Assembly: GCA_965203905.1 (NCBI GenBank)
Contig: CBDBDQ010000005.1
Span: 6,112,001 to 6,176,000 of the forward strand
Direction of reading: 5' to 3'
Length of the DNA: 64,000 bases
From: Spirochaetia bacterium
GTDB lineage: Bacteria; Spirochaetota; Spirochaetia; SZUA-6; Bin103
The translations under genes were made by a program, and so were the position numbers. Within the stretch, counting starts at the first letter, position 1, and every line of letters begins with the position of its first letter. This document shows positions 23,488 to 32,677 of the stretch, piece after piece. A model generated the notes under the pieces. It had not been told where the DNA came from, searched no databases, and saw only the letters and a list, made by a program, of their open reading frames with translations.

Positions 23488-23564
23488 CCGCCCCTACCCC
23501 GCCAGCAGACGTACCATACGCACCCGTTTGCATGGCCTCCGGCGTCACGAAGTGGCGTTGCGTG

Positions 23565-24797
23565 CTAATCCGCGTGTTCGATCACCTCGGCAAGGGCCGC
23601 GTCCGCGATCTCGATCGTCCGCTCGATGTCCTCGGCGCTGTGGGCAGTGCTCAGGAACCAGTTGTGGTAGGGGTGGAAGTAGGCGCCGCGGCGGGTAGCG
23701 GCGGCGCAGAACCGCTGGAAGCGCATGAAATCGGTCTCCGTGGCGAAGCGCAGCTTGGGCATGCTGGGCAGTCCGGAGACGTGCAGCCGCTCGCCGTGGC
23801 GGACGGCGACCTGCTGCAGTCCTTCGATCAGCTGCCGGCCGCGCCGCTGCATGATCGCCACCCCGTCGATCTCCTGCAGGCGCCGCTGGCAGGCAATGGC
23901 CGCCGCCATCGGTCCCTGCTGCATCCAGAAGGTGCCGGTGGTGAACACCGCTCCCGCCGCCGTCAGCAGGTGCCGGTCACCCATGCAGACCGCGATCGGA
24001 TAGCCGTTGGCGATCGCCTTCGAGTAGCACGCCAGATCGGGGGCGAAGTCGAACACCGTATGGGAGCCGTCGAGGGAGGCGCGAAAGCCCACCCGTACGT
24101 CGTCGCTGATCACCACCGCGCCATGCTCCCGGGCGAGGGCGCACAGCCGCTGCAGGAACCCGTCTGCGGAGAACTCCGAGTCGTCGAACAGCGGATGGTG
24201 ATAGGGAGTCACCATCACCGCCGCCAGATCATGCGCATGGGTCGCCACCAGCGCCTCCATGCCCCGATGGTCGTTCCAGGTGAAGTCGTGGACGTGCGCG
24301 CGGTCCTCGGCAATCAGGCCGGCGTGGCCGGGGGAGGCCCAGGGATAGGATCCGTGGTAGGCGCCGGCCGCCTTCAGCACCGTGCGGCGGCCGGTATGCT
24401 CGCGCGCCACCTGCAGGGCGAAGCTGGTCATGTCGGAGCCGTTCTTGCCGAACAGCGCCCACTCCATCCCCTGTATGCGGGCCGTGAGAAACTCCGCCAG
24501 CTCGACCAGCGCCGAGGTGGGGTGGTTGAAGCCGAAGCCGTTGCGGTCCGCCGCCTGCGCCGCGGCGTCCACGATGGCATCGGCGTAGCCCAGGATGCTC
24601 GCTCCGAAGCCGCACAGGTAGTCGATGTAGCGGTTGCCGTCGGCGTCCCAATAGTAGGCGCCGCTCCCGCGCTCGGCGAACAGCGGGTAGGACCCCGGCA
24701 CCACCAGCATCGGCCCGCGGGTGCCGTAGATGCCGCGCGGGACGACGCGCGCAGCGCGCCGGAACAAGGCGTCGCTGCGTTCGAACCGCGCGCTCAC
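23565..24797 (-). CDS. Class III PLP aminotransferase (GSA-aminomutase-like)
   Basis: WDADGNRYIDY, AYHG, DDVRVGFR, SKAIANGYP (PLP lysine). Confidence 0.9.
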   Translation of the reverse strand: MSARFERSDALFRRAARVVPRGIYGTRGPMLVVPGSYPLFAERGSGAYYWDADGNRYIDYLCGFGASILGYADAIVDAAAQAADRNGFGFNHPTSALVELAEFLTARIQGMEWALFGKNGSDMTSFALQVAREHTGRRTVLKAAGAYHGSYPWASPGHAGLIAEDRAHVHDFTWNDHRGMEALVATHAHDLAAVMVTPYHHPLFDDSEFSADGFLQRLCALAREHGAVVISDDVRVGFRASLDGSHTVFDFAPDLACYSKAIANGYPIAVCMGDRHLLTAAGAVFTTGTFWMQQGPMAAAIACQRRLQEIDGVAIMQRRGRQLIEGLQQVAVRHGERLHVSGLPSMPKLRFATETDFMRFQRFCAAATRRGAYFHPYHNWFLSTAHSAEDIERTIEIADAALAEVIEHAD

Positions 24798-25558
24798 AGG
24801 AACCTGCCCACGCGGGACATGAGCTGGAGGATCGGATCCAGCAGCGGTAGCTGGCCGCGCAGCCGTACCGCACCGGTACCCAGCGCCGTCCACAGCTCCA
24901 GCTCGCCGGACAGGACGCCGTAGGCGGTGTTGGGATCGGCAAACTGCACGGTGACGTTGGCCTGCGACTGCGCTCTGCGCGCGACCTGAAGCCGGCCCTG
25001 GGCGCATATGATCTGTAGTGGCGGATGGGCAACGATGCCGATCTCCGCGACACCGTCGGCGGCGCCGGACGCGGCGATGCGGCGGCCCTCTTCCCACGCC
25101 TCGGCGAGCACGCCGATGGCATACACCAGCACCGCGAGGCGGATCGCAACCGCCGCGGCGAAGGTGCCGTCGGCAGCGAGCTGCTCCCGCTCGCTGCGCA
25201 GGTAGTACTGCAGCCGCGCGCTGAGGGCGCGCAACCCGCCGATGAGGCGCGGGCGCCATGCGCCGACCCAAGGCAGCGGCACGGCGCCGCCCCCCTCGAA
25301 CATGCGCACCGCCGCGCCCGGGCTGAGCAGCAGCAGCCCCAGCGACGGCAGGCCGCGGCCGCGGCGAAGCGCCTGCAGCCGCCCGGCCGCCACCTCCAAC
25401 CGTAGCCCCGGTCCGCCGGCAACCCGCAGCCCGATGCTGCTGCGCCAGCCGGCCACCACCTGCTGCGCCGCCGGATCGACGCGAACCACCTCCTCGAGTT
25501 GCGGCAACACCGCGTGCAGATAGAGGTGAGCTTTGATCAGATCAGTGGTCACGGCCAC
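24794..25558 (-). CDS. SCP2 sterol/lipid-binding domain protein
   Basis: C-terminal VLSGELELWTALGTGAVRLRG resembles SCP2; GTGA overlap with aminotransferase; start estimated. Confidence 0.6.
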   Translation of the reverse strand: MAVTTDLIKAHLYLHAVLPQLEEVVRVDPAAQQVVAGWRSSIGLRVAGGPGLRLEVAAGRLQALRRGRGLPSLGLLLLSPGAAVRMFEGGGAVPLPWVGAWRPRLIGGLRALSARLQYYLRSEREQLAADGTFAAAVAIRLAVLVYAIGVLAEAWEEGRRIAASGAADGVAEIGIVAHPPLQIICAQGRLQVARRAQSQANVTVQFADPNTAYGVLSGELELWTALGTGAVRLRGQLPLLDPILQLMSRVGRFL

Positions 25559-25873
25559 CGGCAACCCGCCGGCAACGTAGCCCGGCGAGCGCCCCGATGG
25601 CAACGCAACCCGCATCACCGCACCAGCCGGCGAAGTGATCCCAGAGCCGGTCAAGTCGGCGACCCGGCCACCTTTGCGCGCTGGTCCCACGGAGAACCAC
25701 GCGCGTCGGCGCTCGTTCTCAGCTTCTGGACTCGTGCCGCCGTTAAGGGTAGGTTGCCCTCAGATGGCGAACACGCTCGCGCTGACGCCACATTGCGGTT
25801 GGCGTCGCATCCTCCGGTACGGCGAACGTGCAACTCATACCGTCCCTACGGACGGCACCAACCGGCGTTGTCC

Positions 25874-27367
25874 ATGATTGGCGCAGGTGCCGTCGCGGGC
25901 GGCAACGGCAACTACCGAATCGAGGTTGCCGACTTCGGTCCGATTCGGCGCGCCGCCGTTGATCTTCGTCCGCTGACGGTGTTTGCCGGGCAAAGCAACA
26001 CCGGAAAGTCCTACCTGGCAATGCTGGTGTACGCGTTGCATGAGTGTTTCTGCCCAAACCCTATACGATTCGGGCAGGTCCAAACACGGCATCTGTTCAG
26101 CTTCAGCGGTGGCATAGCCGAGTCACTGTGGGACAAGGAAGACCTGCGCCGAAGCATCGTCGAATGGTGGTCAGCACTTGGCAGGAGCGAGGCGGCCCCG
26201 TTGCCGGACGATCTGGCCAGGGCGCTTCGCCCTTTGCTGCAGCGGCTCCCCGGGGGCGGACGATACCTGGCCCAGGAAGTGCGGCGTTGTTTCGGCGTCG
26301 AAGTAATCGAAGATCTTGTGCGCCGAGAGAGTCCGGCTGACAGCGCCATCATTACGCTGCAGATTCCGGATGGGCACGGGCGGCCGAGAGTTCGGTACCG
26401 GTCCGACTTTGGACCGAAGGGCGTGCGGATAGCGGGCCAGTTTGGCTCGTTGCCGCACGTGTCCGGTTTCAACTCCGACGATTCGGAATCCCTTGGCTTT
26501 GATCCTGCAGATCCGTCCTTTCTGATAGCTACCGTCGTGTCGAACGTGTTTGAGTCGTTGTTGGGTCCTCTGACGCGGCGTGCCTATTACCTTCCGGCTG
26601 ACCGCACAGGGGTCATGCATAGCCACCAAGTGGTGGTAAGCACCCTGATCCAAAGCGCGACCGCCGCGGGTATGCGTCCGTCCGCGAGCTCACCGCTCCT
26701 GTCGGGCGTTCTTGCCGACTTCCTGGATGGGCTGATCGGGATGAGCCGGTCTGCACGAAAGTCTCCGCGCGAGCTAGCCGAGGGTTTGGAGCAAAATCTG
26801 CTCGCGGGCGCAGTCCGGCTCGATCGATCCGAGAGTGGATATCCATCATTCGTCTATCGACCGACCAACTGGGATACCGATTTACCGTTGACACGCACCT
26901 CTTCGATGGTTTCGGAGCTGGCTCCAGTAGTGCTCTATCTGCGCCATCTTGTAGAGCCGGGCAATGTGCTGATCATCGAAGAGCCGGAGTCGCATCTGCA
27001 TCCAGCGTTGCAGGCGGAATTCACGCGGGAGCTGGCGCGGCTGGTGCACTCGGGCGTGCGCGTCATGCTGACCACGCACAGCGAGTGGATCCTGGAGTCG
27101 CTCGCCAACCTCGTGCGGATGTCGGAGCTGTCGGAGGAGCGGCGCGAAGGGATTCCTGGGGCGGACGCGGCGCTCGCTGCAGAGCACGTGGGCGCGTGGC
27201 TGTTCAAGCCCGACGATGGCGGTGGCTCCGTGGTGGAGGAGATTCCGCTCGACATCGACGCGGGCAGCTTCCCCGCCGGCTTCGGCGAGGTAACCGAGGC
27301 GCTGTACAACGAGTGGGCCAGGATTGGCAACCGGATTGCAGCGGCGATGGCCGACCAGAACGACTGA
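25874..27367 (+). CDS. ABC-type (AAA_15/AAA_21-like) ATPase, putative defence component
   Basis: DFGPI, Walker A GQSNTGKS, YLPADR, Walker B LIIEEPESHLHP, LTTHS; more AT-rich than the flanks. Confidence 0.9.
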   Translation: MIGAGAVAGGNGNYRIEVADFGPIRRAAVDLRPLTVFAGQSNTGKSYLAMLVYALHECFCPNPIRFGQVQTRHLFSFSGGIAESLWDKEDLRRSIVEWWSALGRSEAAPLPDDLARALRPLLQRLPGGGRYLAQEVRRCFGVEVIEDLVRRESPADSAIITLQIPDGHGRPRVRYRSDFGPKGVRIAGQFGSLPHVSGFNSDDSESLGFDPADPSFLIATVVSNVFESLLGPLTRRAYYLPADRTGVMHSHQVVVSTLIQSATAAGMRPSASSPLLSGVLADFLDGLIGMSRSARKSPRELAEGLEQNLLAGAVRLDRSESGYPSFVYRPTNWDTDLPLTRTSSMVSELAPVVLYLRHLVEPGNVLIIEEPESHLHPALQAEFTRELARLVHSGVRVMLTTHSEWILESLANLVRMSELSEERREGIPGADAALAAEHVGAWLFKPDDGGGSVVEEIPLDIDAGSFPAGFGEVTEALYNEWARIGNRIAAAMADQND

Positions 27368-27412
27368 CAGTCGGCGCTGGCGCTGATCGACGCGCGCGTC
27401 GACGCGCGCTGT

Positions 27413-27835
27413 ATGGCCACGGCGATGAACAAGCAGGGATGCACCGTCGATACCGATGGCGTGCCTGCGCCATATCGCGTGATCGACATGGATCACGCGG
27501 CAGCTCCGGTGGACCCCAGCGACCGGAAGTGCGACTACCTGTTCCTGGCGGCGGACACAGGTCGACGAAGGATCTTGGTGGTGCCCCTGGAGCTCAAGCG
27601 CACGGGACTCAACCCTGCGTCTGTCGAGTCTCAGCTGCAAGCCGGAGCGGGAGTGGCGGAACAGACCGTTCGTGGGATTTCCCCGGTACGATTCGTTCCG
27701 GTGGCGGTCCACGGTGGAAGAGTGCATCGACGGCAATATCAAGAGCTCAGAACCAAGCGGATCAGATTCCGCAACAGCGACAACGAGATTGTGACCATGC
27801 CGTGTGGCTCACCCTTGACCGCCGCGCTCGCGTAG
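27413..27835 (+). CDS. Small PD-(D/E)XK nuclease-like protein (coding signal extends back to 27368)
   Basis: RKCDYLFL...VVPLELK...SQLQ pattern matches D...ExK...Q; same frame as the upstream ATPase. Confidence 0.65.
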   Translation: MATAMNKQGCTVDTDGVPAPYRVIDMDHAAAPVDPSDRKCDYLFLAADTGRRRILVVPLELKRTGLNPASVESQLQAGAGVAEQTVRGISPVRFVPVAVHGGRVHRRQYQELRTKRIRFRNSDNEIVTMPCGSPLTAALA

Positions 27836-28163
27836 TTGCGACGATCCCGTCGACGCCAAGCGGCGGCAGCGCGTGGTGTCGTGCGCCTTGTTGCCAAGGG
27901 TAGGCTATGCTCTAGTACCGAGCTATGCACCACCGCTGTGTTGGCCTGTCGGAGTTGGACTCTTGATCCGGCGCCGGCTTGGACACTGCCGGTACGCCAG
28001 CAAGGCGGCCCCACTCCCAGTGGCACTGATGCGTCACCCGCTCGCGGATGTTTTGGCCTTGGAATACCCTTTGCGTGGGTTACCGGCAGCCGCTGAACCG
28101 AGCTGACAGGTCGTGGCAGGTCGGCAGCTCACGGCGCTGGTGCCCAGCGCGTCCAATCTGGCA

Positions 28164-29303
28164 ATGGTGCGGCGCCGCGTGCGGCTGTGGAAACCGCCGT
28201 TCGAAGCCGTGACCTCGCGCTGGGTGCGGCTTACGGTGGCGGGCCGGGAGTCGCTGCCGCGGCGCCAGCCGTTCCTGTTCCTGGCCAACCATAGCGGCTT
28301 CTTCGATCCTCCGATCATGGTGCGCGCGGCGGGCGAGGCGGTAACCATCCTGGCCACCGAGTCCAATTTTCGCGAGGGACCGATCGGCCGTTTCTTCGTC
28401 TACTTCGGCGCGGTACCGAAGATGAAGTACACCGCCGACGCCCGCGCCATCATCACGCTCAAGCGCTGGGCCGACGCCGGAGCCCACGTGGGGCTGTTTC
28501 CCGAGGGTGAGCGCACCTGGGACGGGCGCCGGCTGCCGCTGGTGCCGGGCATCGAGAAGCTGGTGCGGCTGCTCGGCCTGCCGCTGGTCACCATGCGCAT
28601 CTACAACGGCTTTCGCCAGTCACCGCGCTGGGCGCCGCGGCTGCGCCGCGGCCGCATCCACGTGGAGCTGGACCCGCCGCGCCAGTTCGACCGGCGCACG
28701 CCGCCGGCGGAGATCAAGCGCTACATCGAGGAGCGCATCACCGTCGACGCGCTGGGCGAGCCGCGCTTTCCGGTGGCCGGCGCCGGGCTGGCACAGGGGA
28801 TTGCCAACGTGGCCTGGGCCTGTCCCTGCTGCTACTTGATCGACGGCTTGGAGGAGACGGGCAGCCAACTCCGGTGCCGGGGCTGCGAGGCACGCTGGAG
28901 CGTCGACTGGGACGGCCGGCTGCGCGGACGCGACGGAGCCGCCAGCTACACCCTGCCGCACGTGGTGGACCGCATCCGCGCCCACTACGCCGCCGCACCG
29001 GGAGCACCCGGCGGCGATCCGCTGCCGGCCAGCGAGCCGATGACCCTGCTCGACATCCGCCCGCGGCGGCCGCGCGTGGTGGGACGCGGACGACTGCGGC
29101 TGACGCGCGACGAGCTGCTGGTGGAAGGAGCGCAGCCGTGGCAGTTGCCGGTGCACCAGGCGGAGGCGATCACCGTGGACATGCGGCGCCGCCTGACCCT
29201 GCGCGCGGGGCAGCGCTACCTCGAGGCCGTGATCCCGCACGAGTCGGTGCTCAAGTGGGAGTGGTTCGTCAAGCGGCAACAGGCCGCCGCTGCTAAACGT
29301 TGA
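28164..29303 (+). CDS. PlsC-like lysophospholipid acyltransferase with zinc-ribbon and C-terminal domain
   Basis: ANHSGFFD (HxxxxD), LFPEGERTWDG, CPCC...CRGC; start could be 28113. Confidence 0.88.
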   Translation: MVRRRVRLWKPPFEAVTSRWVRLTVAGRESLPRRQPFLFLANHSGFFDPPIMVRAAGEAVTILATESNFREGPIGRFFVYFGAVPKMKYTADARAIITLKRWADAGAHVGLFPEGERTWDGRRLPLVPGIEKLVRLLGLPLVTMRIYNGFRQSPRWAPRLRRGRIHVELDPPRQFDRRTPPAEIKRYIEERITVDALGEPRFPVAGAGLAQGIANVAWACPCCYLIDGLEETGSQLRCRGCEARWSVDWDGRLRGRDGAASYTLPHVVDRIRAHYAAAPGAPGGDPLPASEPMTLLDIRPRRPRVVGRGRLRLTRDELLVEGAQPWQLPVHQAEAITVDMRRRLTLRAGQRYLEAVIPHESVLKWEWFVKRQQAAAAKR

Positions 29304-29982
29304 ACTTGACGTCGATCACGTCGCCGGCGGCAATCCGGTAGCTGCGATCCACGATCCGGAGCAGGCCCTTGGTGCGGGCTTCCTGCGGAGTGCGGAACTG
29401 GTCCAGGGTGGCGATGTTGAACACCTCGGCACGGATGAAGCCGCGCTCCAGGTCGCTGTGGACCTGTCCCGCCGCGGAGGTGACTGCCGCGCCGGCCGCC
29501 ACCTCCCATACCCGCGCCTCGCTCTTGGCGACGGTATAGAAGAAGATCCGCCCCAGCGCCCGGTGCAGGTCCCGCACGTGGCGCTGCAACTCGTGATCCG
29601 GCGGCGTGCCCGAGATCACCGCTCCCGGTCTGAGGGTGGCAAGGTTGAGTCCGCGCAGGTGGGTGAGCTCCTCTTCCGCGAAGGTCTCGTGGTTGAGCGG
29701 ACGTTCCTGCTCCAGCACGCCGATGGCGCGTTGCAGCAGGTCGGTATGGGCGGGATCGGCGTACAGGTTTCGCTCCAGGGTCTCGGTGTCCTCCAGCATC
29801 CAGTCAAGCTGCTCTTCGGCAGTGATCAGAAAGCAATCCGCGCGCTGCCGCTGCTCCTGGTCGAAATCGGCCACGAAGTAGGTGCGGCGCGCCGAGCGGT
29901 AGCGCTCTGCCAGCGCGTCCAGCGCGGCGTCGGCGAGCTGGTAGCGGCCTCTCAGGTCGGCGCCCTGCACGAAGATCTTCAT
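29293..29982 (-). CDS. Short YchF-like (DUF933/TGS) protein lacking the P-loop
   Basis: FFYTV..EAR.W, AAGQVHSDLERGFIRAEV, GDVIDVKFNV terminus; no GxxxxGKS. Confidence 0.85.
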   Translation of the reverse strand: MKIFVQGADLRGRYQLADAALDALAERYRSARRTYFVADFDQEQRQRADCFLITAEEQLDWMLEDTETLERNLYADPAHTDLLQRAIGVLEQERPLNHETFAEEELTHLRGLNLATLRPGAVISGTPPDHELQRHVRDLHRALGRIFFYTVAKSEARVWEVAAGAAVTSAAGQVHSDLERGFIRAEVFNIATLDQFRTPQEARTKGLLRIVDRSYRIAAGDVIDVKFNV

Positions 29983-30059
29983 GGCGACGGCGCTACCCTA
30001 CCCGATTCGGCCCGCGACCCGGAACCCGCGGCCGCTCGGCTCCGCGCGGTCCTGCCTGC

Positions 30060-30104
30060 TTGCCGACAAAAATACTTGCAACTATACTTATTGCGATTAC
30101 AAGG
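30060..30104 (+). promoter_or_regulatory. Promoter and probable MarR operator
   Basis: TTGCCG-N17-TATACT in an AT-rich patch; imperfect dyads CTTGCAACTATAC and TTGCGATTACAA overlap the -10/+1 region. Confidence 0.65.
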
Positions 30105-30117
30105 TTTTTGACGGGAC

Positions 30118-30558
30118 ATGGAAGACCGACTCGACATCCCGGAGGACCTGTCCCTGGCCACGTTCCGGCGGCTGATGCGGGCCACGCTGCGCATCAAGCG
30201 GGCGATCGGACCGCTCCTCACGGAGGCCGGGCTGACCGGAGCCCAGTTCCATACCCTGGTGCGGATCCCGGATCAGGGCATCCCGGTTACCAGGCTGGCC
30301 GCGAAGGCATGGGCCGACCCCGGCAATGCGTCGGGCGTGATCGACCGGCTGGAACGCGAGGGCCTGGTGGAGCGGCGGCCCGCGGCCCATGACCGGCGCG
30401 TGGTCCTGGTGCATGCCACCGCCACCGGGCGCCGGCGCGTCGCGGAGCTGTGGCCGGCGTACCTGGACTGTATCCGGCGCAACATGGCGCCGCTGCGAGA
30501 CGAGGAACTGAACAGCCTGGGCGGGCTGTTGGAGAAACTCGCGCCAAAGGAGGACTGA
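30118..30558 (+). CDS. MarR family transcriptional regulator
   Basis: GLTGAQF, IDRLEREGLVER, DRR, TATG. Confidence 0.93.
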   Translation: MEDRLDIPEDLSLATFRRLMRATLRIKRAIGPLLTEAGLTGAQFHTLVRIPDQGIPVTRLAAKAWADPGNASGVIDRLEREGLVERRPAAHDRRVVLVHATATGRRRVAELWPAYLDCIRRNMAPLRDEELNSLGGLLEKLAPKED

Positions 30559-30559
30559 G

Positions 30560-32677
30560 GTGCAGAGGCGACCACCGCAACCCGGCAACGACAACGGGCG
30601 CCACGACGAGGTGGAGCGGCGCCGTCCCCGGAAAGCCGGCCGGCCGGCCGGCGGCAGCGGCCGGCCCGCGCCGCGGCCCGCCGGTCCGAATGGCGCGCCC
30701 GGCGCGGGCGGCCAAGCCGCTCCGGACGGCTGGTCGCCACCCGGCGGTGCGCCCGGTGCGCGGCGCCCGCCACGCGGCACCGGACCGGACGGCCGCTCTC
30801 CCAACGGTGCGCCGCCGGGCATGGGCGGGCGGCCGCGTGCCGGCGGGGCTGCCGGCGGCCCACCGAACGGGGCGCCGGGCTGGGGCGGTGCAGGCGGCGG
30901 ACGGCCGGGCCAGCGGCCCGGATGGTCGGCGCTGCAGGCCCTGCTGCGCAGCCTGGCCTTCATGCGCAACTACCACTGGGCGACCCTGGCCAGCCTGCTC
31001 TGCCTGCTGGCCAGCTCCGCCGGCAACCTGGCGGTGCCGCGCCTCACCCAGCAGATCGTCGACAGCGGCATCCTCCAGGACCGCATGCAGGCGATCCTGA
31101 TCGGCGCCGTGATCATTGTCGCGGTTACTGCCCTGCGCTCGCTGTTCACCTATCTCCAGGGAGTGCTCTCGGCGCGCGTGTCGCAGGGCGTGGCCTACGA
31201 CCTGCGCAACTCGTTGTACGACCACATCCAGAGCCTCTCCTTCAGCTACCACGACCGCTCCCAGACCGGCCAGCTCCTCACCCGCGCCACCAGCGACGTC
31301 GACATGGTGCGCATGTTCATCAGCCACGGTGTGATCCAGATCGTCACCACGGCGGTGCTGCTGGGCGGCAGCTTCTACCTGCTGTTCGCCACCAACTGGC
31401 GGCTGGCGCTGCACGTGATCCCGGTCATGGCGGTGGTGTTCGTGGTGTTCACCTACATGTCCAAGATCGGGCGGCCCATGTTCCGGCGGGTGCAGGAGAA
31501 GATCGCCACCCTCAACACCCATCTGGAGGAGAACCTGGTCGGCGTGCGGGTGGTGAAGGCATTTACCGGCGCCGCCCGCGAGCAGGACCGATTCGAGGTC
31601 GGCAGCCGGGAACTGTACGACGAGTCGATGCGCGTCAGCCGCATCTTCTCGCTGGCCATTCCGCTGGTGTTCGCGATGGCCAACTTCGGCACCCTGGTGG
31701 TGACCTGGGGCGGCGGCATCCAGATCCTGGCCCAGCGCCTGACCATCGGCGAGCTGGTGGCGTTCCAGGGCTACCTGATCGTGGCCATGTTCCCGATCAC
31801 CATGCTCGGCATGATCATGATGTCGATCTCCCAGGCCTCCGCCAGCGCCGAACGGATCTTCGAGATTCTCGATGCCGAGTCGGACGTCAAGGAGAAGCCG
31901 GATGCCGCGGTGCTGCGGCCGCTCACCGGCGGCCTGCGCTTCGAGGAGGTGGGATTCCGCTACTTCGGCATCGGTGCGCCGGTGCTGCAGGACGTGAGCT
32001 TCGCCACGGGTGCCGCCGAGACCCTGGCCATCGTAGGGGCCACCGGCTCGGGCAAGAGCACCATCATCAACCTGATTCCACGCTTCTACGACGTCACCGG
32101 CGGCCGGATCGCCATCGACGGCGTCGACATCCGTGACGTCACGCTGCAGTCGCTGCGCCGCCAGATCGGCATCGTGCTGGAGGAGACCACCCTGTTCGGC
32201 GGCACCATCCGCGAGAACATCGCCTACGGGCGTCCGGACGCCACCGACGCCGAGGTGGAGGCGGCGGCGCGCGCCGCGGCCGCCCACCAGTTCATCAGCG
32301 GCTTTCCCGACGGCTACCACTCCGCAGTCGGCGAGCGCGGCGTGACCCTGTCGGGCGGCCAGAAGCAGCGCATCGCCATCGCCCGGGCGCTGCTCATCGA
32401 TCCACGCATCCTGATCTTCGACGACAGCACCAGCAACGTCGACTACGAGACCGAGGTGCAGATCCGCGGCGCCATCGAGAAGCTGCGCCACGAGCGGCTC
32501 TCCTTCGTGATCGCCAGCCGCATGAACACGGTGCTGGCGGCCGACCGCGTGCTGCTGCTGGACCAGGGCCGGGTGGCCGGGCTCGGAGAGCACCAGCGCC
32601 TGCTGCACGACAACGCGCTGTACGCGGAGATCTACTACGCCCAGCTCTCGGAGCAGCCCGAGGAGGTGGCGTCATGA
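30560..32677 (+). CDS. Heterodimeric ABC exporter subunit 1 (degenerate NBD) with Pro/Gly-rich N-terminal extension
   Basis: TMD plus GATGSGKST, LSGGQKQR, Walker B IFDD (E to D) and H-switch IASR (H to S), the TM287-type degenerate pattern. Confidence 0.93.
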   Translation: MQRRPPQPGNDNGRHDEVERRRPRKAGRPAGGSGRPAPRPAGPNGAPGAGGQAAPDGWSPPGGAPGARRPPRGTGPDGRSPNGAPPGMGGRPRAGGAAGGPPNGAPGWGGAGGGRPGQRPGWSALQALLRSLAFMRNYHWATLASLLCLLASSAGNLAVPRLTQQIVDSGILQDRMQAILIGAVIIVAVTALRSLFTYLQGVLSARVSQGVAYDLRNSLYDHIQSLSFSYHDRSQTGQLLTRATSDVDMVRMFISHGVIQIVTTAVLLGGSFYLLFATNWRLALHVIPVMAVVFVVFTYMSKIGRPMFRRVQEKIATLNTHLEENLVGVRVVKAFTGAAREQDRFEVGSRELYDESMRVSRIFSLAIPLVFAMANFGTLVVTWGGGIQILAQRLTIGELVAFQGYLIVAMFPITMLGMIMMSISQASASAERIFEILDAESDVKEKPDAAVLRPLTGGLRFEEVGFRYFGIGAPVLQDVSFATGAAETLAIVGATGSGKSTIINLIPRFYDVTGGRIAIDGVDIRDVTLQSLRRQIGIVLEETTLFGGTIRENIAYGRPDATDAEVEAAARAAAAHQFISGFPDGYHSAVGERGVTLSGGQKQRIAIARALLIDPRILIFDDSTSNVDYETEVQIRGAIEKLRHERLSFVIASRMNTVLAADRVLLLDQGRVAGLGEHQRLLHDNALYAEIYYAQLSEQPEEVAS

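Noticed and set aside
23565-24797. Calling the aminotransferase hemL
   Set aside because: The fold is GSA-aminomutase-like, but the PGGVNSPVR signature is absent and there is no tetrapyrrole gene context.
27365-27410. Selenocysteine decoding of the in-frame TGA
   Set aside because: The position is an inter-domain linker rather than a Cys-type active site, and I cannot recognise a bacterial SECIS; kept only as generic readthrough.
25745-27904. AAGGGTAGG at 25745-25753 and 27896-27904 flanking the ATPase-nuclease pair as a possible target-site duplication
   Set aside because: Only 9 bp, both copies fit the local GG-TAnnnT promoter motif, and no integrase or transposase is nearby.
27836-28110. 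Short ORFs or an ncRNA downstream of the nuclease-like gene
   Set aside because: No coding bias, motif or convincing structure visible by eye; an Rfam scan would be needed.
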